Positions 51,832 through 62,391 are shown, counted from the first letter of the stretch. The stretch is 64,000 nucleotides of DNA from Cyanobacteria bacterium P01_A01_bin.123 (GCA_039815185.1 JBCBZT010000020.1:64258-128257), one strand, 5' to 3'. Notes: generated by a model not told the origin, from the letters alone. Translations and numbers: made by a program.

Positions 51832-52497
51832 CTATCTTGAATAGCCTATGGGGACATGGTGTTGCCCACGGGGCTGAGCTTGTTCGGGGCTATAGGCTCG
51901 CGTGGCTTTGCCCTGAACTTGAGCAGCGGTTAAAACCTGAGTGGGTTCGTCATCCTGATCAGCCACTTTTTCGGCCCAGATGACAAAATCATCTCCACGA
52001 TGGGCAGTTTCGCCTCGATGCGTGGTGACAAACAGCGTGCTGTGGCTAAAAGCGATGTCTCGAATGGGATACCACTGCTGTTGCGTAAGGATTAAAAACT
52101 CTGTCTGCAAAGACTGCGGGCGTCTCTGACGGTATTGTATCCACCACTCTCGCCATAGCATGCGAGCGCGTGAATATTGGACTTGATAGCCAACTGGTGC
52201 CCCATAGTATTTGTAGCGGGTCAATCCTTTTGAGCGATCGGTTTCAATGGGCAAAAACGAATGGGCCCTTAGGGTTTTATCTAAGAGGTCTACGTAGTCT
52301 GATTGGGGCCGCACCCCAATTTCAGGCGGGCTTGCCTTGGGTTGCGCGATCGCTAAAATTTGACCATTGTGAGCGAGTAATTGATAGGTATCTAGTGCTG
52401 ACTGTACCCGTAGCTTTTCATTCGCAGCAAGATTAGCCCGACCCGTAACAAATAGCCGGATCAGGGCAATATCGTCTATGTAATTTTTGTTCATCAC
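51832..52497 (-). CDS. Hypothetical protein
   Basis: 221-aa ORF with LWREWW and WYPIRDI motifs. Confidence 0.65.
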   Translation of the reverse strand: MMNKNYIDDIALIRLFVTGRANLAANEKLRVQSALDTYQLLAHNGQILAIAQPKASPPEIGVRPQSDYVDLLDKTLRAHSFLPIETDRSKGLTRYKYYGAPVGYQVQYSRARMLWREWWIQYRQRRPQSLQTEFLILTQQQWYPIRDIAFSHSTLFVTTHRGETAHRGDDFVIWAEKVADQDDEPTQVLTAAQVQGKATRAYSPEQAQPRGQHHVPIGYSR

Positions 52498-52666
52498 TGT
52501 GTCGTGCCCATGAAATCAATTGATTTCACCCTGATGGGCCACACTGCAAGGCAGAGCAATGCGAGCGGACAGCACAGCAATGCACCCAATTGCAGTAAAT
52601 ACTTTCTACGTTGCTGCTCAGAAGGCTCCGGACATTTTTTTAGGAACTTGGGAGACCTGCCTCCCC

Positions 52667-55111
52667 CTAAGCCAAATGCACCACGGTGACACCAGTGCCG
52701 CCATCGGCTTGTTCTGCCGCTTCAAACCGGGCCACCAAGGGATGACGTTTAAGAAATTCGTGGACGCCCCGCTTCAGCTTGCCAGTACCGTGGCCGTGAA
52801 TAATCCACAGGGGCCCATTGGCGTGAGCGATCGCCTCCTCTAAATCCACCTCAGCCTCCACAACCCGTTTTCCTCGCAGATCTACCGTGTTTTTAGACGT
52901 GCGAATCGCAGGGGCGGTGGGAGCAGCGGGGGGTGGGGCGCTGGGGGGCGTATTTTGAGATTTTGCTTTAGCTGGGTCTTCCGCCTTTTCTCCGGTGAGG
53001 GATTCCAGATCTCGCAGGGCCACCGTCATTTTCATCAGCCCAAAACGCACAGTCAGTTTGCCATCTACGTCAGGGTCAGTTAGCACTTCAGCCGTTTGCC
53101 CCAGGCTAGGAATCCGGACGCGATCGCCCACTTTAGGCTTAAATCCAGCTTTTTTCTGAGATTTTTGCTGACTAGGCAAACGCTTTTGGGCAATTTGATC
53201 CACTGCTGCGGTTGCCTTTTGGGCATCTTGCCCAGTGGTGTTGCCCTGCTGCAATTGGCGAATCACCTGGGCAATTTCGGCCTTTGCCGCTGCGATCGCC
53301 TGTTGAATCGCCAACTCTTGCTGCTGCTGGAGTTCCTGTTCCCGCGTTTTGAGGAATGCCGCCTTGCGCGCGACTTCATCGTGCAACTTTTCAGCTTCCG
53401 CTAATAACCGGGCCGTCTCCTCAGCTTTGGTCTCCTGTCGCCGCCGCTGATCTTCTAACCCGGCAATTACCTCGTTAACATCCTGTTGGCCACTGACTCC
53501 GACATATTGCTCTGCCTGGGTTAATACCGTTTCATCCAACCCTAACCGACGGGCAATCGTCAGCGCATTAGATCGCCCCGGAATACCCCACAGCAGTCGA
53601 TAGGTGGGAGATAGGGATACATCATCAAACTCCACCGACGCATTTTCAAACCGCTCATCCTGGTATTTCAATGCTTTCAGCTCCCCAAAGTGGGTGGTTG
53701 CCACCGTCAACCGCGCCTGATTCGCTAAATGCTGGAGTAATGCGATCGCCAATGCACTGCCCTCGGAGGGATCGGTACCTGCGCCAACTTCGTCGAGGAG
53801 GATAAGGGCATTAGAGAGGGCATGGAGAGGCGCCAACTCTCCAACTCCCCATCTCCCCATCTCCCCATCTCCTTCGCCTTCAATTGCCTCTAAAATCCGA
53901 CCAATCCGCCGGACATGCCCCGAAAATGTAGATAAGCTCTGTTCGATGGATTGTTCGTCGCCGATGTCAGCGAGGACTTGATCAAACCACGGAATTTCAA
54001 CGGGTTCGCGGGCGGGGACGAATAGGCCTGCTTTGGCCATTAGGGTGGCGAGTCCCAGGGTTTTGAGGGTGACGGTTTTGCCGCCAGTATTGGGGCCAGT
54101 GATCGCCACGACTCGAATGGCAGGGTTGATGAGTAAGTCGATGGGGACAACGGTGGGGCCGTCTTCATACTGGGCTTGCCATACCAGCAGGGGATGCCGC
54201 AATTGACGGAGGGTGGTTTGGGTATCGTTTTCGACGAAGCGGGGGGGATTAGCCTGGAGCCAGATACCATAGCGGGCACGGGCAGCAGCCAAATCTAGGG
54301 TCGTGACGACGAGCAGCAGGTGCTCGATATCCGGCAAGATCTCGGCTACTTTTTCAGTCAGGATACGGCAAATTTTTTCGACTTCGGTATGTTCTTGGCG
54401 CTGCAGCTGGCGCAGGCGGTTGCCCAGCTCAATGACGCGCTGCGGCTCGATGTAGAGGGTGGCCCCGGTGGTGGAACTGTCGTGGACAATGCCGGGAATC
54501 GCATCTTTTTGGGGTGCTTTAACGGGAATCACAAAGCGATCGCTGCGCTGGGTAATCAGCGGTTCTTGCAAGGCTCCTGAATTGCGTTGGATGATTTGTT
54601 GCAGTTTTTGGTAAATCTGGTCGCGTACTTGCTTAAGGCCGGTACGAATACCCGCCAGTTTAGAACTTGCCCGGTCAGTCACTTCGCCACGATCGTCAAT
54701 GCAGCGGTGGATTTCTTTTTCGAAATCGGCATGGGTGCGCAGTTCACTAATCAATGCCGTTAGGGTGGGCAAGTCATCTTGGGCATCAATGGCGCGGCGC
54801 AGTTGACGCGCACCATAAAGGGTGTTCGCGATCGCCAACAGCTCATCCCCCGACAGCACCCCCTGACGCTCGGCCAGTTCTAGCGCCTGCCAAATATCTT
54901 GAATGCCGCCAAAGTTCAAACCACTGGGGAGCCGACTCTCCAGGGTATACACCTCACCGGTTTGAGCCAACAGGCGCTCACTCGTAGTGCGATCGCCAGG
55001 TAACTTCAGCCGCTGAGCCGCGATCGCCCCTAATTTAGTTGAGGCAAAGGTCGCTAAATGCTGACAGAGGCGGGGCCATTCGAGTAGGTCGAGGGTTTCG
55101 GATTGGATCAA
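52667..55111 (-). CDS. mutS2: Endonuclease MutS2
   Basis: ITGPNTGGKT, QSLSTFSGH, DEVGAGTDP, TTHFGELK, C-terminal Smr domain IIHGHGTG; TTG start. Confidence 0.95.
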   Translation of the reverse strand: MIQSETLDLLEWPRLCQHLATFASTKLGAIAAQRLKLPGDRTTSERLLAQTGEVYTLESRLPSGLNFGGIQDIWQALELAERQGVLSGDELLAIANTLYGARQLRRAIDAQDDLPTLTALISELRTHADFEKEIHRCIDDRGEVTDRASSKLAGIRTGLKQVRDQIYQKLQQIIQRNSGALQEPLITQRSDRFVIPVKAPQKDAIPGIVHDSSTTGATLYIEPQRVIELGNRLRQLQRQEHTEVEKICRILTEKVAEILPDIEHLLLVVTTLDLAAARARYGIWLQANPPRFVENDTQTTLRQLRHPLLVWQAQYEDGPTVVPIDLLINPAIRVVAITGPNTGGKTVTLKTLGLATLMAKAGLFVPAREPVEIPWFDQVLADIGDEQSIEQSLSTFSGHVRRIGRILEAIEGEGDGEMGRWGVGELAPLHALSNALILLDEVGAGTDPSEGSALAIALLQHLANQARLTVATTHFGELKALKYQDERFENASVEFDDVSLSPTYRLLWGIPGRSNALTIARRLGLDETVLTQAEQYVGVSGQQDVNEVIAGLEDQRRRQETKAEETARLLAEAEKLHDEVARKAAFLKTREQELQQQQELAIQQAIAAAKAEIAQVIRQLQQGNTTGQDAQKATAAVDQIAQKRLPSQQKSQKKAGFKPKVGDRVRIPSLGQTAEVLTDPDVDGKLTVRFGLMKMTVALRDLESLTGEKAEDPAKAKSQNTPPSAPPPAAPTAPAIRTSKNTVDLRGKRVVEAEVDLEEAIAHANGPLWIIHGHGTGKLKRGVHEFLKRHPLVARFEAAEQADGGTGVTVVHLA
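53833..53872. repeat. 5 x 8-bp tandem repeat (CCATCTCC-like) inside mutS2
   Basis: ccaactct ccaactcc ccatctcc ccatctcc ccatctcc. Confidence 0.85.
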
Positions 55112-55396
55112 GGCAGGAGGGGTTGAGGCAGGGGGGCAGGGGGTGATGGGGAAGGTAGGAGGGGTGGGGTAGGGGGGCAGGGGGAGATAAGGGAGAGGGG
55201 GAAGATAGAGGGGCTGGGGGAGAGGGGGAGATAGGGGGGAGGGGTAAGTAATAATTGAGTGACGCGGTGGATAGCAAGGGAAAAATTTGCTGGCCGAGAA
55301 GTTCAGTTCTTCTTTCTACCTGTCCCTCCGCTTCCTCTGCTCCTCGCGCTCCCCCTGCTCCTCTACTCCCCTTACTCCGCTTCCCCTGCTCTTCCT
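55112..55396. repeat. G-rich purine tract (55112-55245) and C-rich tract (about 55310-55396); degenerate short tandem repeats
   Basis: Many G3-G6 runs, followed about 65 bp later by CCCCTGCTC-type units. Confidence 0.8.
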
Positions 55397-55777
55397 AGTA
55401 TAAAAGCCTTTGCAAAACGAAGAAATTGTTCCGATGTTAACGTCGGCTTGATAGAGATTTAACGGAAACGAAATACAAATATCCCATTTCATACGGGAAT
55501 CCACTGTAGATTAGACACATGAACCCCATCTGATTTGCAAACTTGAGGTTAGCGCACAAAGCTTTGTGGCTACGGCTATATCTCAGGAGATCTAGGGATC
55601 TGGATGGGGACAAGGTTTCAATCCCAGGTACAGGGTGAAAGTAGTGACCTGGATTGGGGTGAGAGGGGTGTAGCGTTGAAGATTCTGAGATCTGCGGATT
55701 GTGGACGCGGCAGCTTCCAGTTTTTGTTGAGAAATTCTTCTGCGGTGATTGGGTGGAGAATTTTGAGTTGAGTCGTA

Positions 55778-58700
55778 ATGGCAAGGTTTCCGGCTAAGCA
55801 AGCGCTGATGCGCCTCTCGGGCAAGTTCCCCTTGGGCACGGTGCTGATTCTGTCCTTTGTGCTGCAAGTGTCAGCAGTGGTGGGGGCAACGGCATGGCTA
55901 TCGTTTCGCAATGGTCAGCGGGCCGTGCACGATTTGGGTGAACAGCTCGGTCAAGAGGTCTCGTCGCGGATTGAAGAACATATGGCGGCCTATCTGGCTC
56001 AAACCCAATGGTTGCAAGATAACAGCGCCAGCGCGATCGCGGCTGGAGATCTCGATATCACTAATCTAGAGGCCTTAGAACGGCATTTTTGGCATCAACT
56101 CAATGCTGCCGATGGCATTACCAGTGTCTATTTTGGCGGAGAAGACGGCGAATTTATTGGGGTGCAGCGGCGAGAAGACGGTACTCATGTCTCTTGGGAT
56201 ATGGCGGCGGCGGCGGTTCCCGAACGCACGACTTATCTGCTCAACAACCAGGGGCGGCGACAAAATTCCATTGGCACTCAAGACTACGATCCCCGTTTTC
56301 GTCCCTGGTATCAAACCGCTACCGAGGCCCAAGAACGGGCTTGGAGCCCAATCTATCGCTTTGCGTCCCAGGACTATCCTTTGTTGGGAATTACGCCAGC
56401 TCTGCCCCTCTACGACGATCAGGGCACTTTGGAAGGCGTGCTTGCTATCGACATTACCCTAGAACAGATCAATCAATTCTTAGCTCAGCTTTCAGTCAGC
56501 AAAACAGGCCAGGCGTTTGTGATTGAGCGCAGTGGGGAAATCGTAGCCAGCTCGGCTCAGGAACCTCCCTTCACTAACGTAGGCAATGAACAAAAACGCC
56601 TGCAAGCCGCCGCCAGCCAAGAACCCTTGATTCAAATGACGGCACTCCAGCTTTTAGAACAGTACGGCAGCCTGAGGGAAATTCAAACCGAGCAGCAATT
56701 TATTTACCCGCTTGATCACACCTATCAACTGGTGCGCGTAGCCCCCTTTAGCGACGACAACGGACTCGACTGGTTGATTGTGACCGTAATTCCAGAAACG
56801 GATTTTGTGGAACAAATTGCCATCAATAATCGCAATACTTTGATTTGGTGTGGGGTAGCGTTAGTCGTGGCTAGCTCAATTGCGGTGCAAACGGCCCGCT
56901 GGATTACCCGCCCCATGCGGCGACTCAACCACGCAGCCAAGCAACTGGCCGTGGGCAACTGGGAACAGCCCCTGCCCAAAGGACGGTTTCGAGAGCTAGA
57001 CGAATTGGCTCACTCGTTTGAGCAAATGAGCAGCCAACTGCAAACGTCTTTTCAGTCCTTAGAGAGCAAAAATGCTGAGTTACAACACCTCGATAAACTC
57101 AAAGATGAATTTCTGGCCAATACGTCCCACGAATTGCGCACGCCGCTCAACGGCATCATTGGCATTGCTGAATCCTTGATTGATGGCGCTGCGGGCAGTC
57201 TGAGACCCTTAACCAGAGCCAATCTGTCGATGATTGTCACCAGTGGACGACGCTTAGCTACCCTGGTCAATGACATTTTAGACTTGTCTAGGCTGCACCA
57301 CCACACGATTGAGCTGCAACAACGACCCATTGGCATCCGGGAAATTGCAGAAGTAGTGATTGCCTTAAATCGGCCCGCAGCCAGTCAAAAATCTCTACAG
57401 TTGATTAATGCGGTGTCACCCAAATTACCCCCAGCCTGTGGTGATGAAGGCCGACTCCAGCAGATTTTGCACAACCTGGTCGGTAACGCAGTTAAGTTCA
57501 CTGAAACAGGCATGGTGGGGATTTCAGCTCAAATCTTAAGGTCTCCTTACCAGTCCCCTGTTGAACAAACCTCTCGGCCTCTGGGGATAGATTTGTCGCA
57601 ACCTGATGCCATGGGCACTCACTTGGCAGTCACTGTTTCAGACACGGGGGTAGGCATTCCCGAAGATCATCTAACCCACATTTTTGAAGCCTTTGAGCAA
57701 GGGGACGGATCGACAACGCGTAGCCATGGTGGCACCGGTTTAGGGCTGGCAATTACTAAGAATCTAGTAGAACTACACGGCGGGACAATACAGGTGAGTT
57801 CTAGAGTCGGTATTGGCTCTCAATTTACCTTTACCTTACCCATCGCCACTGGCGTAGAGATTGACCAAGCGCGATCGCCTGTGGTTGCTGCCCCCGATCT
57901 ATATCCCGTCCAGGTGAGTGAACCCAAAGTCGTGATCGTTAATCCTGGCAAGGTCAGCAGCGTCGAAGTGCCAGCTTCGGAGAAACAAACCCACGCGTCA
58001 TCCTCTGGGCTCGATCCTCAAAACATGCAGATTTTGGTGGTCGATGACGAATCCGTCAATCGTCAAGTGATCGCCAATCACCTGTTGAATCATCGCTACG
58101 GAGTGACCCAAGCCGCCAATGGCCCAGAAGCTTTGGCCCTAATCAAAGCTGGACTGCATCCTGATTTAATGCTGCTGGACGTGATGATGCCCAAGATGAC
58201 GGGGTATGAAGTGTGTCGCCGCATTCGCGAAACCCTGCCTGCCCACGAACTGCCGATTGTCATGCTGACGGCTAAAAATCAGGTGGCGGACTTGGTAGAA
58301 GGCTTGAGTGCTGGGGCCAACGATTATTTAACCAAACCCGTTTCTAAAGACGAACTAATTGCCCGGTTAAGAACCCATCTGCGCCTGTCTAAGATCAACC
58401 TGGCCTATGGCCGGTTTGTGCCCCAACAGTTTTTGCAGTTTCTGAAAAAAGAGAGCATTTTCGATGTCCATTTGGGTGACCAGGTGGAAAAGACCATGTC
58501 GGTTATGTTTGCAGACATTCTGGACTTCACCAGCCTGTCAGAACAGATGACACCCAGAGACAATTTCCGCTTCCTGAATGCCTTTTTGTCGCGCATGGAA
58601 CCGGCGATCGCCGAGCATTGTGGCTTCATCGATAAATATATCGGCGATGCCATCATGGCTCTCTTTAGCGGACACGCAGCGGAAAAGAGCGCAGATGATG

Positions 58701-59236
58701 CCCTCAATGCTGCTTTAGCAATGTTAAACCGCCTACACGTCTACAATCAGGAGCGGGCCACAAGGGGGGCTTCGCCCATCCATCTGGGGATTGGGATTAA
58801 CACAGGCAAAATGATGTTGGGTACCGTGGGCGGGAAAAACCGCATGGATAGCACGGTGATCAGCGATACGGTGAACGTGGCCGCGCGGATCGAACGCATG
58901 ACCCGTCAATATCGCGTTTCACTGCTGATTTCTGATCAAACTTTCTTGCAATTGGAGGATGCTAATCGCTACGCTATGCGGGTAGTTGATCGGGTGCAGG
59001 CCAAGGGCAAGCAAAACTTCATTAGCGTCTACGAAGTGTTTGACGCCGATCCGCCAGAACTGCGCGATCGCAAACTGGCCACCAAAACCGCCTTTGAAAC
59101 TGCCCTGTTAAGCTACTATCAGAAAAAATTTGACCCGGCAGTTCAGGGCTTTGAAGCTTGCCTGGCGCAAAATCCAACAGATACTGTGGCGCAAATTTAT
59201 CTCGCCAGTTGCCGCCAACACTGTTTAGGAGGATAA
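55778..59236 (+). CDS. Hybrid sensor: Cache-HAMP-histidine kinase-receiver-class III nucleotidyl (adenylate) cyclase
   Basis: YDPRFRPWY, SHELRTPL, NLVGNAVKFT, GGTGLGL, VVDD/LDVMMP, FADI/DKYIGD/NVAARIE. Confidence 0.92.
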   Translation: MARFPAKQALMRLSGKFPLGTVLILSFVLQVSAVVGATAWLSFRNGQRAVHDLGEQLGQEVSSRIEEHMAAYLAQTQWLQDNSASAIAAGDLDITNLEALERHFWHQLNAADGITSVYFGGEDGEFIGVQRREDGTHVSWDMAAAAVPERTTYLLNNQGRRQNSIGTQDYDPRFRPWYQTATEAQERAWSPIYRFASQDYPLLGITPALPLYDDQGTLEGVLAIDITLEQINQFLAQLSVSKTGQAFVIERSGEIVASSAQEPPFTNVGNEQKRLQAAASQEPLIQMTALQLLEQYGSLREIQTEQQFIYPLDHTYQLVRVAPFSDDNGLDWLIVTVIPETDFVEQIAINNRNTLIWCGVALVVASSIAVQTARWITRPMRRLNHAAKQLAVGNWEQPLPKGRFRELDELAHSFEQMSSQLQTSFQSLESKNAELQHLDKLKDEFLANTSHELRTPLNGIIGIAESLIDGAAGSLRPLTRANLSMIVTSGRRLATLVNDILDLSRLHHHTIELQQRPIGIREIAEVVIALNRPAASQKSLQLINAVSPKLPPACGDEGRLQQILHNLVGNAVKFTETGMVGISAQILRSPYQSPVEQTSRPLGIDLSQPDAMGTHLAVTVSDTGVGIPEDHLTHIFEAFEQGDGSTTRSHGGTGLGLAITKNLVELHGGTIQVSSRVGIGSQFTFTLPIATGVEIDQARSPVVAAPDLYPVQVSEPKVVIVNPGKVSSVEVPASEKQTHASSSGLDPQNMQILVVDDESVNRQVIANHLLNHRYGVTQAANGPEALALIKAGLHPDLMLLDVMMPKMTGYEVCRRIRETLPAHELPIVMLTAKNQVADLVEGLSAGANDYLTKPVSKDELIARLRTHLRLSKINLAYGRFVPQQFLQFLKKESIFDVHLGDQVEKTMSVMFADILDFTSLSEQMTPRDNFRFLNAFLSRMEPAIAEHCGFIDKYIGDAIMALFSGHAAEKSADDALNAALAMLNRLHVYNQERATRGASPIHLGIGINTGKMMLGTVGGKNRMDSTVISDTVNVAARIERMTRQYRVSLLISDQTFLQLEDANRYAMRVVDRVQAKGKQNFISVYEVFDADPPELRDRKLATKTAFETALLSYYQKKFDPAVQGFEACLAQNPTDTVAQIYLASCRQHCLGG

Positions 59237-59240
59237 CCCC

Positions 59241-60461
59241 ACGCTACCCAGTGATTTACTCATCTATCGCCCTACTGGGGAAGTCGTCATCCCGAAACGA
59301 TTGCCTTTAGATGGCGATACTTTAGCGATCGCGACTGAATTAATCCACCGATTTAAGGCCTGCGTGGGCCAGCCCCAGTCTGAGCTTAACCACCAACTGC
59401 AACTACTCGAAGGCGAAGACACCGACTATCGCATCAAGCGCGGACTGGCCCACATTTTGCGCAACAGTTTTAGCACCTTCGAGATCGTCAGCCCCCTCGA
59501 CCCCCAAGATCTGCGTCAGCGCGTCTTTGCGCTTTCGGCTGAAAGTATTCCTAGCCCAGAGGCAACCCAAACTCACCTGTCAACCCTAGCCCAGCAGCTG
59601 ACCCAAGAACTTGAGAAACCCGTCGAACCCATCCACATTCGTCAGGGACTCTACGCCGATTTGCAAGAAAACCGTATCCTCACCGAATTTGATGCTCCCA
59701 CCCCAGAAGCGCTGATTCACCGCTATAATCTCTCTCAGGTACAGGGCATCTTTTACCGGGCCAGCCACATCTGCCTCAACCTGCACCGTAATGACCCCGG
59801 CGAATACAAGCTGATGTTTCGGTACCTGAAGCTGTTCCGCCTGATGGCCTACATCGAAGGCGACGCCGACCAGGGATTTACCGTCACCATCGATGGCCCC
59901 ACCAGTTTGTTTAAGCCCAGCACCCGTTACGGTGTCGATATCGCCAAATTAATTCCGGCCATTCTGCACGTCACCCGCTGGAGCCTCACCGCTACCCTAC
60001 AAATTCGCGATAGCTACAGCAAAACGATTACCCCACGCCAGTTTAGGCTCGATACGAGCTGCGGTTTGGTGACCCACTATCCCCCCGGTAAACCCTACGA
60101 CAGCATGCTCGAAGCCGCCTTTGCTCAACGTTGGGCAAAGCTCAAAACCGACTGGCAGCTAGAGCGGGAGGTCGATTTGATTCCGATTCCCGGTAGCGTG
60201 ATGATTCCTGACTTTCGGTTGGTGCATCCCGATGGTCGCGTTTACCTGCTAGAAATCGTGGGCTACTGGCGACCCGAGTACTTGCGCAAAAAATTCTCCC
60301 AAGTGCGTCAGGCTAATCGTAATGACTTGATTTTGGCGATTTCAGAGCGGCTCAATCTAGAGAAAGCTGGGGTCAACCCCCAGAATACGCCAGCGGCAGT
60401 TGTCTGGTTTAAAGACAAGCTGCAACCCAAAGCTGTCTTAAGCATTCTTGAAAACTCTTGA
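59241..60461 (+). CDS. DUF790-family (restriction endonuclease-like) protein
   Basis: RYNLSQVQG, IDGPTSLF...YG, MIPDF...LEIVGYWRPEYL. The frame extends upstream to an ACG at 59241 (the ORF track starts at the TTG at 59301). Confidence 0.85.
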   Translation, partial: TLPSDLLIYRPTGEVVIPKRLPLDGDTLAIATELIHRFKACVGQPQSELNHQLQLLEGEDTDYRIKRGLAHILRNSFSTFEIVSPLDPQDLRQRVFALSAESIPSPEATQTHLSTLAQQLTQELEKPVEPIHIRQGLYADLQENRILTEFDAPTPEALIHRYNLSQVQGIFYRASHICLNLHRNDPGEYKLMFRYLKLFRLMAYIEGDADQGFTVTIDGPTSLFKPSTRYGVDIAKLIPAILHVTRWSLTATLQIRDSYSKTITPRQFRLDTSCGLVTHYPPGKPYDSMLEAAFAQRWAKLKTDWQLEREVDLIPIPGSVMIPDFRLVHPDGRVYLLEIVGYWRPEYLRKKFSQVRQANRNDLILAISERLNLEKAGVNPQNTPAAVVWFKDKLQPKAVLSILENS

Positions 60462-60596
60462 CAAGGAGATAGGGCAGTCCGGGATGTCTCTATAATGATG
60501 TGATGAATAGTTAATGAGGCTGGAAAACGGGGCATCCTATCACCGTTAGTCCATCCAACCTGACAACCCTGAGTGCCCCCATAGATACCCTGGGGA

Positions 60597-60992
60597 ATGC
60601 CCAGTTATGACGAGAGTCTTATGAGTACGGTCTTGATTGTGGATGATAGCTCAACCCTGCGGGAGATGATTTCGGGTCTCCTGATCAAGGCTGGTATGAG
60701 TGTGACCGAAGCTAAAGATGGTGCAGAAGCCAAAGAAAAAATCCAGGCGAGCCCGCCCGATCTGGTGGTGCTCGATATCGTCATGCCGAATATGAATGGC
60801 TATGACCTCTGTCGCTGGGTAAAGAACAATCCGGGGACTGAAGATATTCCCGTGGTGATTTGTTCCTCCAAGGGTGAAGAATTCGACCGCTATTGGGGCA
60901 TGCGCCAAGGCGCAGATGCCTATATTGCCAAACCTTTCCGCCCGAAGGAAATGGTGGAAACGGTGAAGCAATTGCTCCGCAGTCGGGCTTAG
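60597..60992 (+). CDS. Single-domain CheY-like response regulator (PilH-like)
   Basis: VLIVDDS, LDIVMP, DRYWGMRQGADAYIAKPF. Probable start is the ATG at 60621. Confidence 0.9.
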   Translation: MPSYDESLMSTVLIVDDSSTLREMISGLLIKAGMSVTEAKDGAEAKEKIQASPPDLVVLDIVMPNMNGYDLCRWVKNNPGTEDIPVVICSSKGEEFDRYWGMRQGADAYIAKPFRPKEMVETVKQLLRSRA

Positions 60993-61098
60993 TAGGTGAT
61001 CGCTGATCGACGGCAGGCATTATTCAAACTGTTTGAACTCGCACCCGTCCTTGTATCAAGTCGTGCTAAGACTATAGGCACTTGCACAGGTTAATGGG

Positions 61099-62391
61099 AT
61101 GGCCAACGAACTGCTGGAAACCTTTCGCACGGCGTATCGCAATCTTGATCTACTACCGCTGATCGAGCCAAAAGAGCTGGAAGGTTTTTGGGTGCCTTAC
61201 GGTGAGGATGTTTTAGTAGAGCTAGAGCAGTTGGTTGAAGACCGGGACTCCCAGGATGCCAAGATTATCTTTGCGGGGCACCGAGGTTGTGGCAAATCGA
61301 CACTGTTGGCGACGTTTGGCCGTAAGTTAAAGGCGCAGGGCTATTTCACGGTGTTTTTCTCCATCTCCGACACGATTGAGATGTCGGACGTGAGCCATGT
61401 GATGATCTTGTTCGCGATCGCGGTCAATTTGATGTACGAGGCGGAGCAAGAAGGGGTGGAGTTGCCCAAGGGAACTCGCGATGCCATTTACAAGTGGTTT
61501 GCCACCAAAACCCGCACGGAGACAGAAACGCCAGTTAGTGCAGAGGTGTCTGCGGGTTTCAATCTATTCAACATCATCCGGGGCAAGCTCAAGTCTGAAG
61601 CCAGTGTGCGGACTGAAATCAAGCAAGAGTTTGAACGCAAGATTTCAGAACTGGTGGCTCAAATCAATATTATTGCCGCTGCCATTCAAGGCGCAACGGA
61701 CGAGACCGTGCTGGTGATTATTGACGACTTGGATAAGCTCGACCTGGCAGATGTTGAGGAGATCTACAGAAACCACATCAAAGCCCTGTTTCTACCCAAC
61801 ATCCCGATTATCTTCACCACGCCAATTGCGTCGCTGAGGGAAGCACCCCTGCGGGCCACGATGATCACTGAAACGAATAATCAGATTGTGGAAATGCCCG
61901 TGAGCAAGATTTTTGCCAAGGGCGATCGCCGCCAGGAAAACCCCGAACCCATCGCCAGCACGTTTAAGACGCTGTGTGATGTATTAAACAAGCGCATGGC
62001 TGTGGACATCATTGAACCCAATGTGGCAGAAGATCTGGTGCGCTACAGCGGTGGCGTGTTGCGGGAGTTGGTGCGGTTGGCAAATGTGTGTTGTCGGATT
62101 TGTTTGCGGCAGATTCGTCGGGAACCGGAGCAGCAGGATATCAAAATTGACCAGAATGTTTTGCAGATGGCGGTGAAGGATTTGCGGCTAGATTTTGAAA
62201 CGCCTTTGGGGAAGGCGGATTACGATATTTTGAAGGACACCTATGAGCAGTTCAAACCCGATGATCCGAAAGCGCAAAAGTTTTTAGACTTGCTCCACGG
62301 GCTACATGTTTTGGAATACAAGAATGATGAAATTTGGTATGACGTGCATCCAATTGTGGCAGATCTGCTGAAATTAAAGGAGATTGTTTGA
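61099..62391 (+). CDS. P-loop ATPase
   Basis: Walker A GHRGCGKST, Walker B LVIIDDLDK, SGGVLRELVR, WYDVHP. Confidence 0.88.
   Translation: MANELLETFRTAYRNLDLLPLIEPKELEGFWVPYGEDVLVELEQLVEDRDSQDAKIIFAGHRGCGKSTLLATFGRKLKAQGYFTVFFSISDTIEMSDVSHVMILFAIAVNLMYEAEQEGVELPKGTRDAIYKWFATKTRTETETPVSAEVSAGFNLFNIIRGKLKSEASVRTEIKQEFERKISELVAQINIIAAAIQGATDETVLVIIDDLDKLDLADVEEIYRNHIKALFLPNIPIIFTTPIASLREAPLRATMITETNNQIVEMPVSKIFAKGDRRQENPEPIASTFKTLCDVLNKRMAVDIIEPNVAEDLVRYSGGVLRELVRLANVCCRICLRQIRREPEQQDIKIDQNVLQMAVKDLRLDFETPLGKADYDILKDTYEQFKPDDPKAQKFLDLLHGLHVLEYKNDEIWYDVHPIVADLLKLKEIV

Noticed and set aside
55035..55911. Several short Pro/Leu-rich ORFs
   Set aside because: Mostly by-products of the low-complexity G/C tracts or overlaps with real genes; no coding hallmarks.
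60458..60496. TTGACA and TATAAT as a consensus sigma-70 promoter
   Set aside because: The spacer is 27 bp, too long; only the -10 hexamer is plausible.
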